Assembly: GCA_000708835.1 (NCBI GenBank)
Contig: DF237674.1
Location: forward strand, 1 to 41,053
DNA length: 41,053 bases
DNA from: Klebsormidium nitens
Taxonomy: Eukaryota; Plantae; Klebsormidiophyceae
Direction: 5' to 3'
This document shows, piece after piece, positions 9,901 through 20,679 of the stretch (its first letter is position 1; each line of letters begins with the position of its first letter). The notes beneath the pieces were generated by a model. The model saw only the letters and a list, made by a program, of their open reading frames with translations, did no database searches and had not been told where the DNA came from. Both the position numbers and the translations under genes were made by a program.

Positions 9901-11601
9901 GCCATGGCAAAAATCCAAAAGTGCACGCAAACAGCCGTGATGTATACACAATTTTCTAATCGACGGTCCACATCTGCGGTTGGAAAAAGTGCTCGGCAAG
10001 ATGTGGGACCGGACATATTTGGCATGAGACTGCCGTGCCGGTCTGCCTCCTGCTCCGCTGCCGGGGCGCTGCTTCCACCGTGCCGCGGCTGACGTGCGGT
10101 CCCCGGGTATGCTGTGGTGCGTGCAGGCGGAGGCCGACGCGTGGTACTTCGAGGGGGCGCACGTGGCGTTCCAGCTGCTGGGGGCTGCTGCGGTGGCGGC
10201 GGGCCTCACCATCGCGTTCCTCACCTTCCTGGGGGGGCCCGGCCGCGCCATCCACACGCTGCACGGGATTGTGGGGCTCGCCGTCGGCGGGGCGCTCCTG
10301 GCCCAGGTGAGGGGCAAGCGGGGGAGAAGGGGGGTGAAGGAGGAGCGGGGAGAGGCGAAGGGAGAGGCCCCTGGGAGAGGTCACGCTGGAGTAGGGCTGC
10401 CTTGGCGCAAGAAGGGAGCAGATCTGAGTATGTCGGACACGTCGAGCGCAAACGGAGTCAGCTTGGATACGTCTACTGTAGTCGTCTCGCTCGCTGCCTT
10501 ACCCGTGAGTCTCCGCGCGATGCCTGCTGCAGGTGGCGGCGGGGTGGCTGCCCTTCCTGGAGTACACGCCGGCGGTGGAGCGTGCGCTGCGGCTGCTGCA
10601 CGCGGGCGTGGGCTGCGCGGTGCTGGCGGGCGGCAACTGGGCCGTGCTGCTGGGGCTGTACCGCTACGCCGCCTTCACCGGCACGCGCATCTTCGTGAGC
10701 TCCCGCCACTCCCTGCCATCCGCCGCACCGCTGCCGGCCTGGGGCCGCCTCGCCGCTATTCGCTTCTGCGCATGGATCCCCGGCCGCTCGGTGCCTGTGT
10801 TCCCGCTGCCCGCCCCTCTCGGCGTGTCCCCCCCGCCTCACCCTGTCTCGCTCGCCCGTCTCTGCAGCCCCTCGTGGTGGGCCAGGGCGCCACGCTGGCG
10901 GTCATGGCGCTGCTCTGGCTGCTGGCGGCCGTCGGGGCGCGCTGCGTGCGCGGCCGCGCCGGCGCTGCGCCAGGGCGGCCCCCCAGCCCGACGCTGCGCC
11001 CCTGGGTGCCCTCCGAGCTGCAGGGGCCCTTCAAACAAGAGGTGCGCGCAGGTGTCGCAGCCCCGGGGCCGCGCGGGAAGCGAGAGGCCGCAGGCCACGG
11101 CCGCTATGCGGCACCTTAAATGGAGTCTAGAAAGGCGATACAATGTTCGCTACAATTACGACACAGGGGATGCGGACAAAGCTCTTTGCTGATGGTCTGT
11201 GCTGACTTTTAAGGTCTCACGCTTTATTACCAAAAGTACAAGTTCTCGCACGAGAGCTTTGCGGCTGCCCAATGCTCGCGTGCCGCCTGGTTGTTCGGTC
11301 CCCCTCTCTAGCTGACCCGCTGCGTCGCTGGCGGCCCGCGCAGGGCGGCGTGCCCGCGCTCGAGTACGCGCACCCCTTAGCGCTCACGCGCGGCAGCGGC
11401 AGCCAGCGCTTCCTGCTCTCCGACGACGACCTCTTCGACGGCAAGGACTCGCCCGCGCCGCGCACCTACTCGCCGCCCGCGCGCGTGGACCGTCCGGGGG
11501 AAGGCCACCCCAGCGACTCCGTCAGCAGACGGGTCAGCCGGGGCGGACCGGAGGGCGGCCTGGAGCGGCAAAGGTCGTTCCGCGGGTGGGTCAGCCCGTA
11601 G
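3954..11601 (+). CDS. Secreted/membrane multidomain protein, 1073 aa: signal peptide, LPMO/BIM1(X325)-like domain, two EGF-like modules, two DOMON domains, 5-TM cytochrome b561 and a cytosolic tail (extended CYBDOM)
   Basis: 17 GT-AG exons: 3954-4224, 4794-5075, 5234-5273, 5454-5697, 6129-6299, 6445-6915, 7165-7292, 7587-7772, 7916-8032, 8447-8704, 8900-9025, 9289-9347, 9524-9618, 10127-10306, 10533-10694, 10868-11041, 11344-11601. They total 3222 nt with every phase compatible and a TAG stop. Motifs: LLLLLLPLLLLAPPAAA signal peptide; NVRLAFPPAR..GPCGG..CPNCTLRL..LWSCADV; CVDDSDCGAAGLC..RCFCKAGWRGPLC; ESYVSVGWRP..GGTDDI..KFRRPL..VMWAVG..DHG; GWAALGWSSDGRMVGATAV..FTRPL..LVWA..YH; b561 histidines in GLHGWLM, GAHVAFQ, TLHGIVG and LLHAGVG. 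Confidence 0.88.
6628..6711 (+). repeat. Coding 12-bp tandem repeat, 7 units of about GCCAAC(G/A)CTACG, encoding ANxT N-glycosylation sequons
   Basis: Units gccaacatcacc, gccaacgctacg, gctaccatcgcg, gccaacgctacg, gccaacactacg, gccaacactacg, gccaacgctacg translate as ANIT ANAT ATIA ANAT ANTT ANTT ANAT. Confidence 0.9.
9665..10029. mobile_element. Putative MITE (365 bp) in intron 13 of the CYBDOM-like gene
   Basis: Left end tctcataccaaatgtatccgg and right end ccggacatatttggcatgaga are inverted repeats at 18/21 nt, with partial pairing further in (gcaagat). The interior is non-coding and more AT-rich than the host intron. Flanks ctgccac / ctgccgt may be a decayed target-site duplication. Confidence 0.65.
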
Positions 11602-12977
11602 AACAGGGACCGGGGGAGGGCGGAGAGGCCACCGACATCCCGGTGTCCTACTTGACAGCTTGAACGTGCCGAGATCTTCATGAGAGCCCGATGTACCATA
11701 CTCGACTCGAGGTCCAAGTTGGAAGCCGGTTGATTGTTCGTCTAGAGCCTCGACGGCTTCACTAAACAGATTAGGCTCGTATAGTCGGACATAGTCCACC
11801 TTTCTACTTTGCATGTTCACCGCGCAAGCCTGTTATAGCAGCGCAGTGCAAAACTAATTGGTAATCAGTACCATGAGCAGATGTGTAGCCAAGAGCAATC
11901 GCCAAAGTTTCCTATATGCTATTAGAATCTGTTCTAGAGTCCGTTGAACTAGTGAGTCAACAGTGTCATTCCTACTCGAACATTCAAAACTGCTTATATT
12001 GGCCTCTGAGAACGTCGACGTCATACAGCCGCATACAGCTTCCTCGCTGCATTTAGGCGTGTAACATGAGACTCAATCACTGATCATGATCAGCTTACCC
12101 CTCCCCAGAGCATGCTAAACTAGCCAAACGTTGCATTACCATAGGTTTTTCAATTTGGCCAAGCTAGCGCTAAAAGTTTTACGCGACAGTGCATAATTCT
12201 AATTAAAGCGAGCGGGCAGAATATTGCAACATTCTCCGCGCTTGCGAATCTGGGGCCTCGACACAGGACGGGGGTTCGACAATGGAGAAGCGATGGCGAG
12301 CATATAATATGTTGTGCATAGTTAGCCTTCAGTGCGTACCACTTTTGAAAACCTCTGCCTTACACCACGAACGCTTTAATCATACGTTGATTGTAGTGAA
12401 GAAGATGGAAAACAACTTATCAAGTTAAATCCTGGCACAATATTGATGTAATTCGCATGCATGAAAGCCTGTGACTTCTTTGGCTACATGGCACTACTAG
12501 TATAGGTAAGTACTAGCTGCACTACACTTTTGCAAAGCTATGAATGATGGGAGCAAGGCCCAGGCTAGCTGTTGACATTAGTATATTGTGCATGCACATA
12601 CAAAAGTATATGCATGCACAAAGTACACAGCACTTTCCACTTGTAGCAGATTCGGCAGACTATTACAAGTCAGTGATTGCCGCTTGCCCAAAAGCGTCCA
12701 CCATGGTCCAATATTCGTACTCACAGCTAGATTCCAGAAATCGACAGATGGCAAAATTGCTTGATTGATAGCAGGTTTCCCACAAACAATACACAACTCA
12801 TTCGAAACTGTACAAAGGGCTCGCTAACGCCAGCAAGCCGGGAGCTTTGACAACAGACGACACCTTCTGTCGCTGCACAATGCAAACACCTGCTCGAACT
12901 AGTGGAACCAAACAGGGCGGTTCTGCAGCCAGGCTAGAAAACAGACGCCACAGCTGCTCCCCAAGACGTGTAAACTA

Positions 12978-15900
12978 TCAGGAGGCGGTGCTCGGCCTAA
13001 AGGAGTCTTTCAAGGCCTGGACTGAGGCCTCGAACGACAACCGCGACCTTCCTTCCGCCACACTTGCATCTGCTGCGCTCCCCTCTTGCAGGCCCGCTTC
13101 TTTCCTGCGGGGCCCCTTTCTGTGGCGGGCCCTCCCGTTGCCCGCCTCCCCCAGCTTCCGCTCGCCTGGTGCTGGCGCCCCCTTGGGCGCAGGCACGGCT
13201 CGCGCGCGCTCCAGCAGCTCGGCAGCCGCGGCAGGCCGCCCCGCCTGCTGCTCCAGCAGCGACCACTCCTGCCACCCCCACCACAGCAAAGGGCGTCAGG
13301 CAAAGGCACACGCCGAGCAAACCGAGCAACAAAGCAACGCACCAACGCCCGCAACAGCAGTGGGCATGCGGTTGACACCGCAGCATGCTCTACTTCAGCG
13401 CCAGGCCGGAGGCTGTGCTGTGCGGCGGCTCACCGTCCAGGCGGGCTGGTGGCGGGGGTCCATGTACGTGGCGCGCTTGAGCAGCGTGCGCGCCGCGTCA
13501 AGTGCTCCGAAGAGGCGCTCCATGCGCGCATACGCTGTGAGCGGGGCCGGGTCGTGCGGGACCTCCTGCAGGCAGGCCTCGAAGAGACGGCGCGCGCCAA
13601 ACACGTTGCCCGTCTCCGCCTCCAGCAGGCCCCACGCCTGCACCGCGGGCAGGGCGAGCGTGTCAGCAATGCAGCGCAGCGCCGCGGAGGAACACAGCGC
13701 GGCAGGCAGCAGGCATGGAGCGCAGCGCAGGCTCGGCCGAGCGGACGGCCCCAGAGAGCATCGCTGAAGCCCAAGTGGTGGTCGGAGCTGGCCCCTTGGA
13801 TTGACGGGACTGCCACACCTGTCGTCGCGCTTTACAAGGACACAGAAATCTACTCAGGGAACTCAAAAAGGCTCCTTGTGCTCAAACGTGAAGCAGAGTT
13901 CGATCACAACCAGGAACGTAGAAGCAGCACAGTACATAAAAAACCCACCGGAGACTCTCCGACACACAAACACCAAGGAATTCCAACCGCTCAGTAGCAC
14001 CATGCGTGCGTCCGACCACCACCGCTGCAAAGACTGTTCATTCGCGGGGCCAGGCTGAAGGTCGCGGGCTGACCTGCCACGCGGGCGCGTTTTTCTTGTC
14101 GATGTCGAGGCAGCGCTGGTACAGCTCCGTCGCCTTCTCCTTGCCCTCGGGGCAGCCGCGGCGCGCCTCCTGCTTGGCCCACGTCAGCAGCAGGCGCGCG
14201 TCGCGGGGATCCAGCGCCAGCCCCCGCTCAAACAGCCGCCGCGCAGCGCCAAAGTCGCCCTGCTTCGCCTCAAACACGCCCCAGCTCTGCACGAAGCCAG
14301 CACGTGTCAAATGACGTGTGTGCGGCTGGCCCGCAGGCGCTGCCCTGGCCTGGCAGACACCGCGGAGAAGTGGCCCCGTGGTTCTTGCTTGAGGAAGTCT
14401 GCTTGGGGGAACTCAGGCGCGGCAAGTGTAGGCGGCTCACCCACTAACCTCAATGGCAGTCACTCCTGCTGTTCAGTGCAGACGAGAGCAAGCTTGCCGT
14501 GCCTGGCACAGACAGTTGCTGTCGAGTGAGTCCAGACACGAAGTTGCCTGCAAGCGCCGGGCGCACAGGTGCATGGGTGCGCCGCGCGGAGCGTACCTGC
14601 CAGGCGAGCACGTTGTGCGGTGCAGCGGCGGCTGCCAGCTGGAAGTGGTCCCTGGCGGCAGCAATGTTGCCGGCGTCGGCCTCCAGGCGTGCCAGAGTGA
14701 GCCGCAGTACCGCGTCACGGGGCGCCGCCTGCAGCCCCGTCAACAGAAGCGTGCGGGCGCGTGCCACATTTCCCTGTGAGGCAAAGCTCAGCGCCAGCTG
14801 GTGCAGCGCCGCCCCGCTGCGAGGCATGCTGCCCCGCTCCCCGCCCCGCCCCAGCACGTGCCGCAGGGGGTCGGCCCCCGCTCGCGCCGCCGAGACGCCC
14901 CCGCCGCTGCCTCCTTCGGCTGGCCTGCAGCGCGCTGCTGCTCTGGCGCAGCTCCGGNNNNNNNNNNNNNNNNNNNNNNNNNNNNNNNNNNNNNNNNNNN
15001 NNNNNNNNNNNNNNNNNNNNNNNNNNNNNNNNNNNNNNNNNNNNNNNNNNNNNNNNNNNNNNNNNNNNNNNNNNNNNNNNNNNNNNNNNNNNNNNNNNNN
15101 NNNNNNNNNNNNNNNNNNNNNNNNNNNNNNNNNNNNNNNNNNNNNNNNNNNNNNNNNNNNNNNNNNNNNNNNNNNNNNNNNNNNNNNNNNNNNNNNNNNN
15201 NNNNNNNNNNNNNNNNNNNNNNNNNNNNNNNNNNNNNNNNNNNNNNNNNNNNNNNNNNNNNNNNNNNNNNNNNNNNNNNNNNNNNNNNNNNNNNNNNNNN
15301 NNNNNNNNNNNNNNNNNNNNNNNNNNNNNNNNNNNNNNNNNNNNNNNNNNNNNNNNNNNNNNNNNNNNNNNNNNNNNNNNNNNNNNNNNNNNNNNNNNNN
15401 NNNNNNNNNNNNNNNNNNNNNNNNNNNNNNNNNNNNNNNNNNNNNNNNNNNNNNNNNNNNNNNNNNNNNNNNNNNNNNNNNNNNNNNNNNNNNNNNNNNN
15501 NNNNNNNNNNNNNNNNNNNNNNNNNNNNNNNNNNNNNNNNNNNNNNNNNNNNNNNNNNNNNNNNNNNNNNNNNNNNNNNNNNNNNNNNNNNNNNNNNNNN
15601 NNNNNNNNNNNNNNNNNNNNNNNNNNNNNNNNNNNNNNNNNNNNNNNNNNNNNNNNNNNNNNNNNNNNNNNNNNNNNNNNNNNNNNNNNNNNNNNNNNNN
15701 NNNNNNNNNNNNNNNNNNNNNNNNNNNNNNNNNNNNNNNNNNNNNNNNNNNNNNNNNNNNNNNNNNNNNNNNNNNNNNNNNNNNNNNNNNNGTGGCCACT
15801 GCAGCAGACAGGCTGCGCAGAGCCGCGCGCGCCTCGGCCAGGTCCGCTTCCACGCGCTGCCACTCCTCCGCGGCACAATCGCCCCTCTGCTTTGCGGCGG

Positions 15901-18900
15901 TGGCCTCTCGCTCGAGGCAGGCCTGCGCGCGTGCGTACACCTGGGAGGCGCCCGCCCCAAGCGGGTCGCGGCTCTCAAGGTGCCCAAAGAGCAGCCACAG
16001 GCGGCCCTCGTCGGGGTGCCGCTCCGCAACCACGTTCAGCAGTGTGCGGGCAGCGTCGTACCGCCCCTCCGCCATCTGCCGCTCCACCCGTTGCAGCGCC
16101 CGGGCCAGCCCGCGCCCGCGCTCCCCCTCTGTCCCTGCTCGCCCGTTTCCCCCCTCTCCTGCCGGCGCCAGCCCCAGCTCTGCAGGCCCCTCGTTGGGGA
16201 TGCCGGCCAGCCGCCGGTTCAGCTCTTGCCGCGTCAGCACGTGGTCGGCCCCACCGTTGGCCCCCCCCGGAGTGCGGCCGGTGCCAGACGGGGTTGGGCT
16301 GGGGTGCGGGTGCGGCTTGGCGGCGCTGGAGGCGGTGTAGTGGCTGAGCTTGCGGTCCAGGTCGCTGCCCTTCTCCACCAGGAACTCCTGCTCGTCCACC
16401 ACCGCCGGCGGGGCCCCTGCGGCGCGGCCCCCGCGCTGCCGCAGCTCCTCCACCAGCTCCTCCGCAACAGCGCCGCGGCTCGCCACTGCGGCCACGCCGC
16501 TGCCCCCCCTACCTCCGAAGCTGGCCCCGACGGCCTGGCTGCGCGGGGCGCCGCTGCGCGCACCTCCTGCTCCCAGGGCCCTGCCCCCCACCCTCCCCGC
16601 ACTGGCCGCCACGCTGCTCGGGCGGCTGCTACTCTGCACACCCCGCAGTAGTAACTCCCGGCTGCTGCCCTCCAGCCCTGCGCGCCGGGCGCTCGTGTCC
16701 CCGCCTGTGCTCCAGCTTGCGTTGGCCGCGCCGCCTGTGGCTTCCACCCCTCTGTCTGCCCCTGCTGCGCCCTCCTCGGGTCTGGGTCCTGCCTCCGCCC
16801 TGTTGCCAGCCCCCGCAGCAGCTCCCCCCCTCTCGTCTGCATCTTCCGCACACGGCGACCTCTGGGCATCTCCCTCCCCGGGCGCTCCTGGTATCGGCTG
16901 CCCTGTTGTCGCCCCCTTCTCGTTGCCGTCCTCCAAGAGGGGCCAGTACGACGCTTCCGCGACCTCGCCGGGCGGGTCGGCCCAGGCGGCAGCCAGCTGG
17001 GCGTGGATGGCGGCGTCGCGGTCCGGCAGGTCGCGCAGTACGGCGATGCGGCGGCGGAAGAGCGCAAACTCGGCGAGGGACACACTGCCGTCCGTGTTGC
17101 AGTCCAGCAGCGTCATCAGCTCCGCGGCGTCGCCTGCCCCGCTCGCGCCCAGCTCCAACATGGCCGCCTGCAGCTCCTCCACGCTCAGGCGCCCGTCCCC
17201 GTTCTTGTCCAGCATCGCAAACACGTGGTCCTCCGCGGCAGCCCCCGCCACCACCTGCACACCGCGGCCATTGTCAGGGCGCGCCTCCCACCACCGCAGC
17301 CACAAGGCTTGCAGCAGCGAAGCCTAATGCAGCACACTCTGCAGAATGAGTGGATCCACCCCAGTGCCCCTCATGCAGTGCCCCAGGGGCTCAGGCAGGC
17401 TGGGTGCCCCAGGGTGCTCACCGGCGTGGCCCGCCCTGGCGGGGTGCGGAAGCTGGCGGCGGCCATCTGCGCAGCAGCCTCCATGATGAGGCGCAGCTGC
17501 TCCACCTGCACACCCAGCGCCCACGCGCCAACAGTCAGCAGCCAGCGCAGCAGGACCCCAAGCACCAGGGCGGAGCCTGCCAGCTGCAGTAGCACTTGCT
17601 GCTCAAGACAGTGCGCTGTGAGTGACCTGCGTCGACTGCCAGCTGGCATTCCCCACCTGCTGAGGATCGGTGAGGCCCCCCTTGTAGGCTCCATGCGCGG
17701 CAGCCCCCGATACGGCCTGCGCATCCATGCGCTCAGTGCGGACCTGCAGCTCCACAGGGGGGGCCACCCCGCCCCCCGCGGGCTGCACCAGCATGTGCAG
17801 GCTCTGGTACCCGTTCTTCTTGGGCCTCCCAATGTAGTCCTGCACAACCCCGCAACCAGGGCTTAGTAAGCACACACCGCCACACAGCAAAACGCAGCCC
17901 AACGCAGGCGCCTAGACCAGTTCCAGCCCCCAGAGCGCACTGCCCCTCACAGGAGCCTCGTTCTATGCTGGCCCGCGTGAGGGTAGCCCATGACCAGGTG
18001 GGCACTGCTGCGGCTCACCTTGTAGCGCTGCGGGACCTCCTGCCAGAGCTGCAGTGCCACCTCGCGCACGCGGTAGCAGGCCTCCGCCCCGCGCGCCTCC
18101 TCCGCGGCTCTTCCCCCTCCAGGGACAGGCTTAATGATCATGCGCAGGCCCAGCAGGTCGTACACCTCGCTGTGGCCCCGCCCATCCCTGCGTCACCCCA
18201 ACCACGCTCAGCACAAGGACCGCTCTGGCGCAGCGTTTGACACAACGCAACCATCCATGGTCAAGGGGCAGGACGGGAGGTGCTCTGACATCGGCCTGCT
18301 GCATACGGAGCAGCGCGGAGTGCGCGCAGGGGCCTCACTTGAGCTGCTTGCGCATGAAGCTGTAGAGGCTCTTGGTGCGGCTGGAGAGCGCCCAGCTGTG
18401 CGCCAGCTGCCCCATGCGGCTGTCGCGGCGCAGCGCAGCGTCCAGCGCGGCCGTGGCGCCGTCCAGCAGAGCCGGGCTGTCGGCCCAGTGGCGCCGCAGG
18501 AAGGCCTCACACGACGCGTAGGCGGAGGGGTAGAGCACGCGGAACGCGGCGTCCTCCAGCTCCCACATGAGGCTGCCCGTGCCGAGCGCGTGCGCCATGG
18601 GCGCGTAGATGGCCAGCGTCTCCAGCGCCACCAGCGCCTGCTGGTACCGCGGCAGCCCGCCCACGTGCCGCATCGTCTCCAGCCGCGCCGCCAGCTCCAC
18701 CACAATGGCACGCACTGCACCCAGCCACAACAATGGCACGTGAGGAGGTGCAAACGGCTTGGCAAAGAGCTGACGAACAGGACAGGACACAAAGATGAGG
18801 GCAGGAGGCCTGAGCAACATGCTTTGCTTAAGCTGCAGCACATGGCAGCCCCCTGCTCAGTGGTCATGAGCTGCTGCTCAATCCAAGAGCCCTTTACACA

Positions 18901-20679
18901 TGCAGCGACTCAGGAGGGGCAGTGCAGGCTCACCGTCATGGAAGGCGAGGCAGAATTGGCGCAGCGCTCGTGCGGTGTCATCATCATACGAGTCGACGCG
19001 TGAGGGCAGAGCACGCACACGGCCGCTGTCGTGCAAGAGGCGCCCCACTGCAGGGCCGAGCTCCGCCTCCACAGCCGCCTCACTCAGCGTGCCCGCCGCC
19101 ACCGCCTCCACCAGCACGCCCGCCGCCAGCGTGGCAGCGTCCATCTGCAGCAGGCCCGCAGCACGTCAGCACAGGCGGGGAGGCAGTACGGGACACAAGA
19201 GAAAGCAGTGAGTAAGGCCGCAAGCAGGGCAGGCGGTGCAGGCGCATGCAAGAACGGCGAGGCAAGAGACGCAGACCTTTAGGCTGGCCAGGGTTTTCGC
19301 AATCTCCAGGGCCCTGAGCAGGCGCGGGCGGCCGCCCTCTGCAACGCAGGGTCCTTGCAGCGCGGGGACAGCAAGCTTGAGAGCACCCAGCAAGACCTGC
19401 GGGAGGCAGGGGGCCGGGGGTGGGGAGGAGGCCGGGCGGGCAAGGGAGCCAGGGCAAACAAGAGCACAAGCCAGCAGCAGACACGAGCATAATAGGGGAT
19501 TCGGCAACCCAGGAAGACCAGCCTAAGCAGAGCAGAGTAAAAAAAGTGGAGATCCTGCGCTGACTAGGACTTCAGTGCAACATGGGAAGCATGCATCCCT
19601 CATTCGCACAGGCAGCAGATCATTCTGTTCAATGCTCCCTGCTCCTCAGGCCACAGCGCACAAGGCCCCACTGCCACCTGTCAATTCCTGCTGCAACCTC
19701 GCAATGGTGTGGCAGCACACGAGGCAGGCTTGGTGCAAGCCCACGAGTCTGCTGCGAAAAGGCGTGCGCAGAATCTGGCGCGCCTGACCTGCGCTGCTGC
19801 TCCATTGCCCACGTCCGGCGGCAGCTGCGGCGCGAGCCTGTCCCACGCCGACACCAGCTCCACGATGCGCTGCCCACCCAGCCGCTCCACACTGAACCCC
19901 GGCTGCTCGCGCACGCTCAGCCACAACTCCTCACTCGTCAATTCTCCAGCAACCCCAACCTCCGCGGCAGCCTCTCTTCCCTCCCCCTCCTCCTGCCAGC
20001 TGCCCTGCGGATCGATGCTCCCATCCAACAGAGGCTCCCTCCTCCGCCCCTGCTGCAACCTGTCATGCGGCGCAGGCGGTGCTGTCCGAGGCGCAGCCAG
20101 GCTGTCCAGCCAGGCACGCGCAGGCACAGGCGCGCCCGACAACGACCGGCGCCGGCTCACGCCGGACGCCTTCAGACCCCCAAGGTCTGGCAGACGCGTT
20201 AGGGCCAGCGATGGCTTTGCCCTCTGTTGACTGGGCGGGCTGCGCACCCCTCTGCTACTCACTTTCTGAGAGCACAGCAGGCAGGTGCTGCTCAGAGTTG
20301 CGGGACCAAGCGTCGAAGCATGTGCACCCTGCAGACACACACAAGAAGCTACGTGGGGACAACTTCCAGACCCTGCCAATGTCAACAAACAAGAAAGCAT
20401 GCGGAGGCAGGGCAGTCAAAAGAGCCCTTCACTGGGCCCCCAGCAGAGCCGCGTGCTGGACATCACCCACAACTCATTGAGACAGATGCAGAAGCACACT
20501 CTCCAGCAAAGACGCCATACCTTCCCATGCGGCGGGGTTCTCCTCTTAGTTGCGCGTTGCTTTCCATGCCAACCCTCTGATTCTTTCAGGGCGCTCAAAC
20601 TGTTTCTACTCTCGACAAGGATATGGGCAATTCTTCCGACTTCTTGCTGCCAAGGAACAGAAGCAACACACGGTGCCAT
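12978..20679 (-). CDS. CRSH: Ca2+-activated RelA/SpoT homolog (CRSH/RSH4-type ppGpp synthetase) with two EF-hands and a C-terminal HAT/TPR array; likely plastid-targeted
   Basis: Exons (minus strand): 20679-20521 and 20328-19789 (both less certain, transit-peptide-like), 19396-19277, 19144-18934, 18714-18339, 18187-18019, 17839-17657, 17505-17422, 17254 to about 14597 (contains the N gap), 14286-14074, 13637-13434, 13268-12978. Motifs: DVRAIVVELAARL, ETLAIYAPMAHALG..WELEDAAF, SRTKSLYSFMRK, EVYDLLGLR, DYIGRPKKNGYQSLH, VELQVRT, GAAAHGAYKGG. EF loops DKNGDGRLSVEE and DCNTDGSVSLAE. HAT repeats such as AWGLLEAETGNVFGARRLFEACL. Confidence 0.88.
14958..15791. other. Assembly gap (834 N) inside the RSH gene
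   Basis: Run of N. It falls in the HAT region, so the exon structure and repeat count there are incomplete. Confidence 0.99.

Noticed and set aside
11377-11820. Minus-strand ORF starting MNMQSRKVDYVRLYE, reminiscent of the GH16 C-terminal VDYVRVY motif
   Set aside because: No GH16 catalytic ExDxxE motif or upstream exons, and it overlaps the last CYBDOM-like exon antisense. Probably chance.
12208-12245. Imperfect 15-bp inverted repeat in the convergent intergenic spacer
   Set aside because: About 12/15 pairing with no TSD or RNA-gene features. Bacterial-type terminators are irrelevant in this nuclear context.
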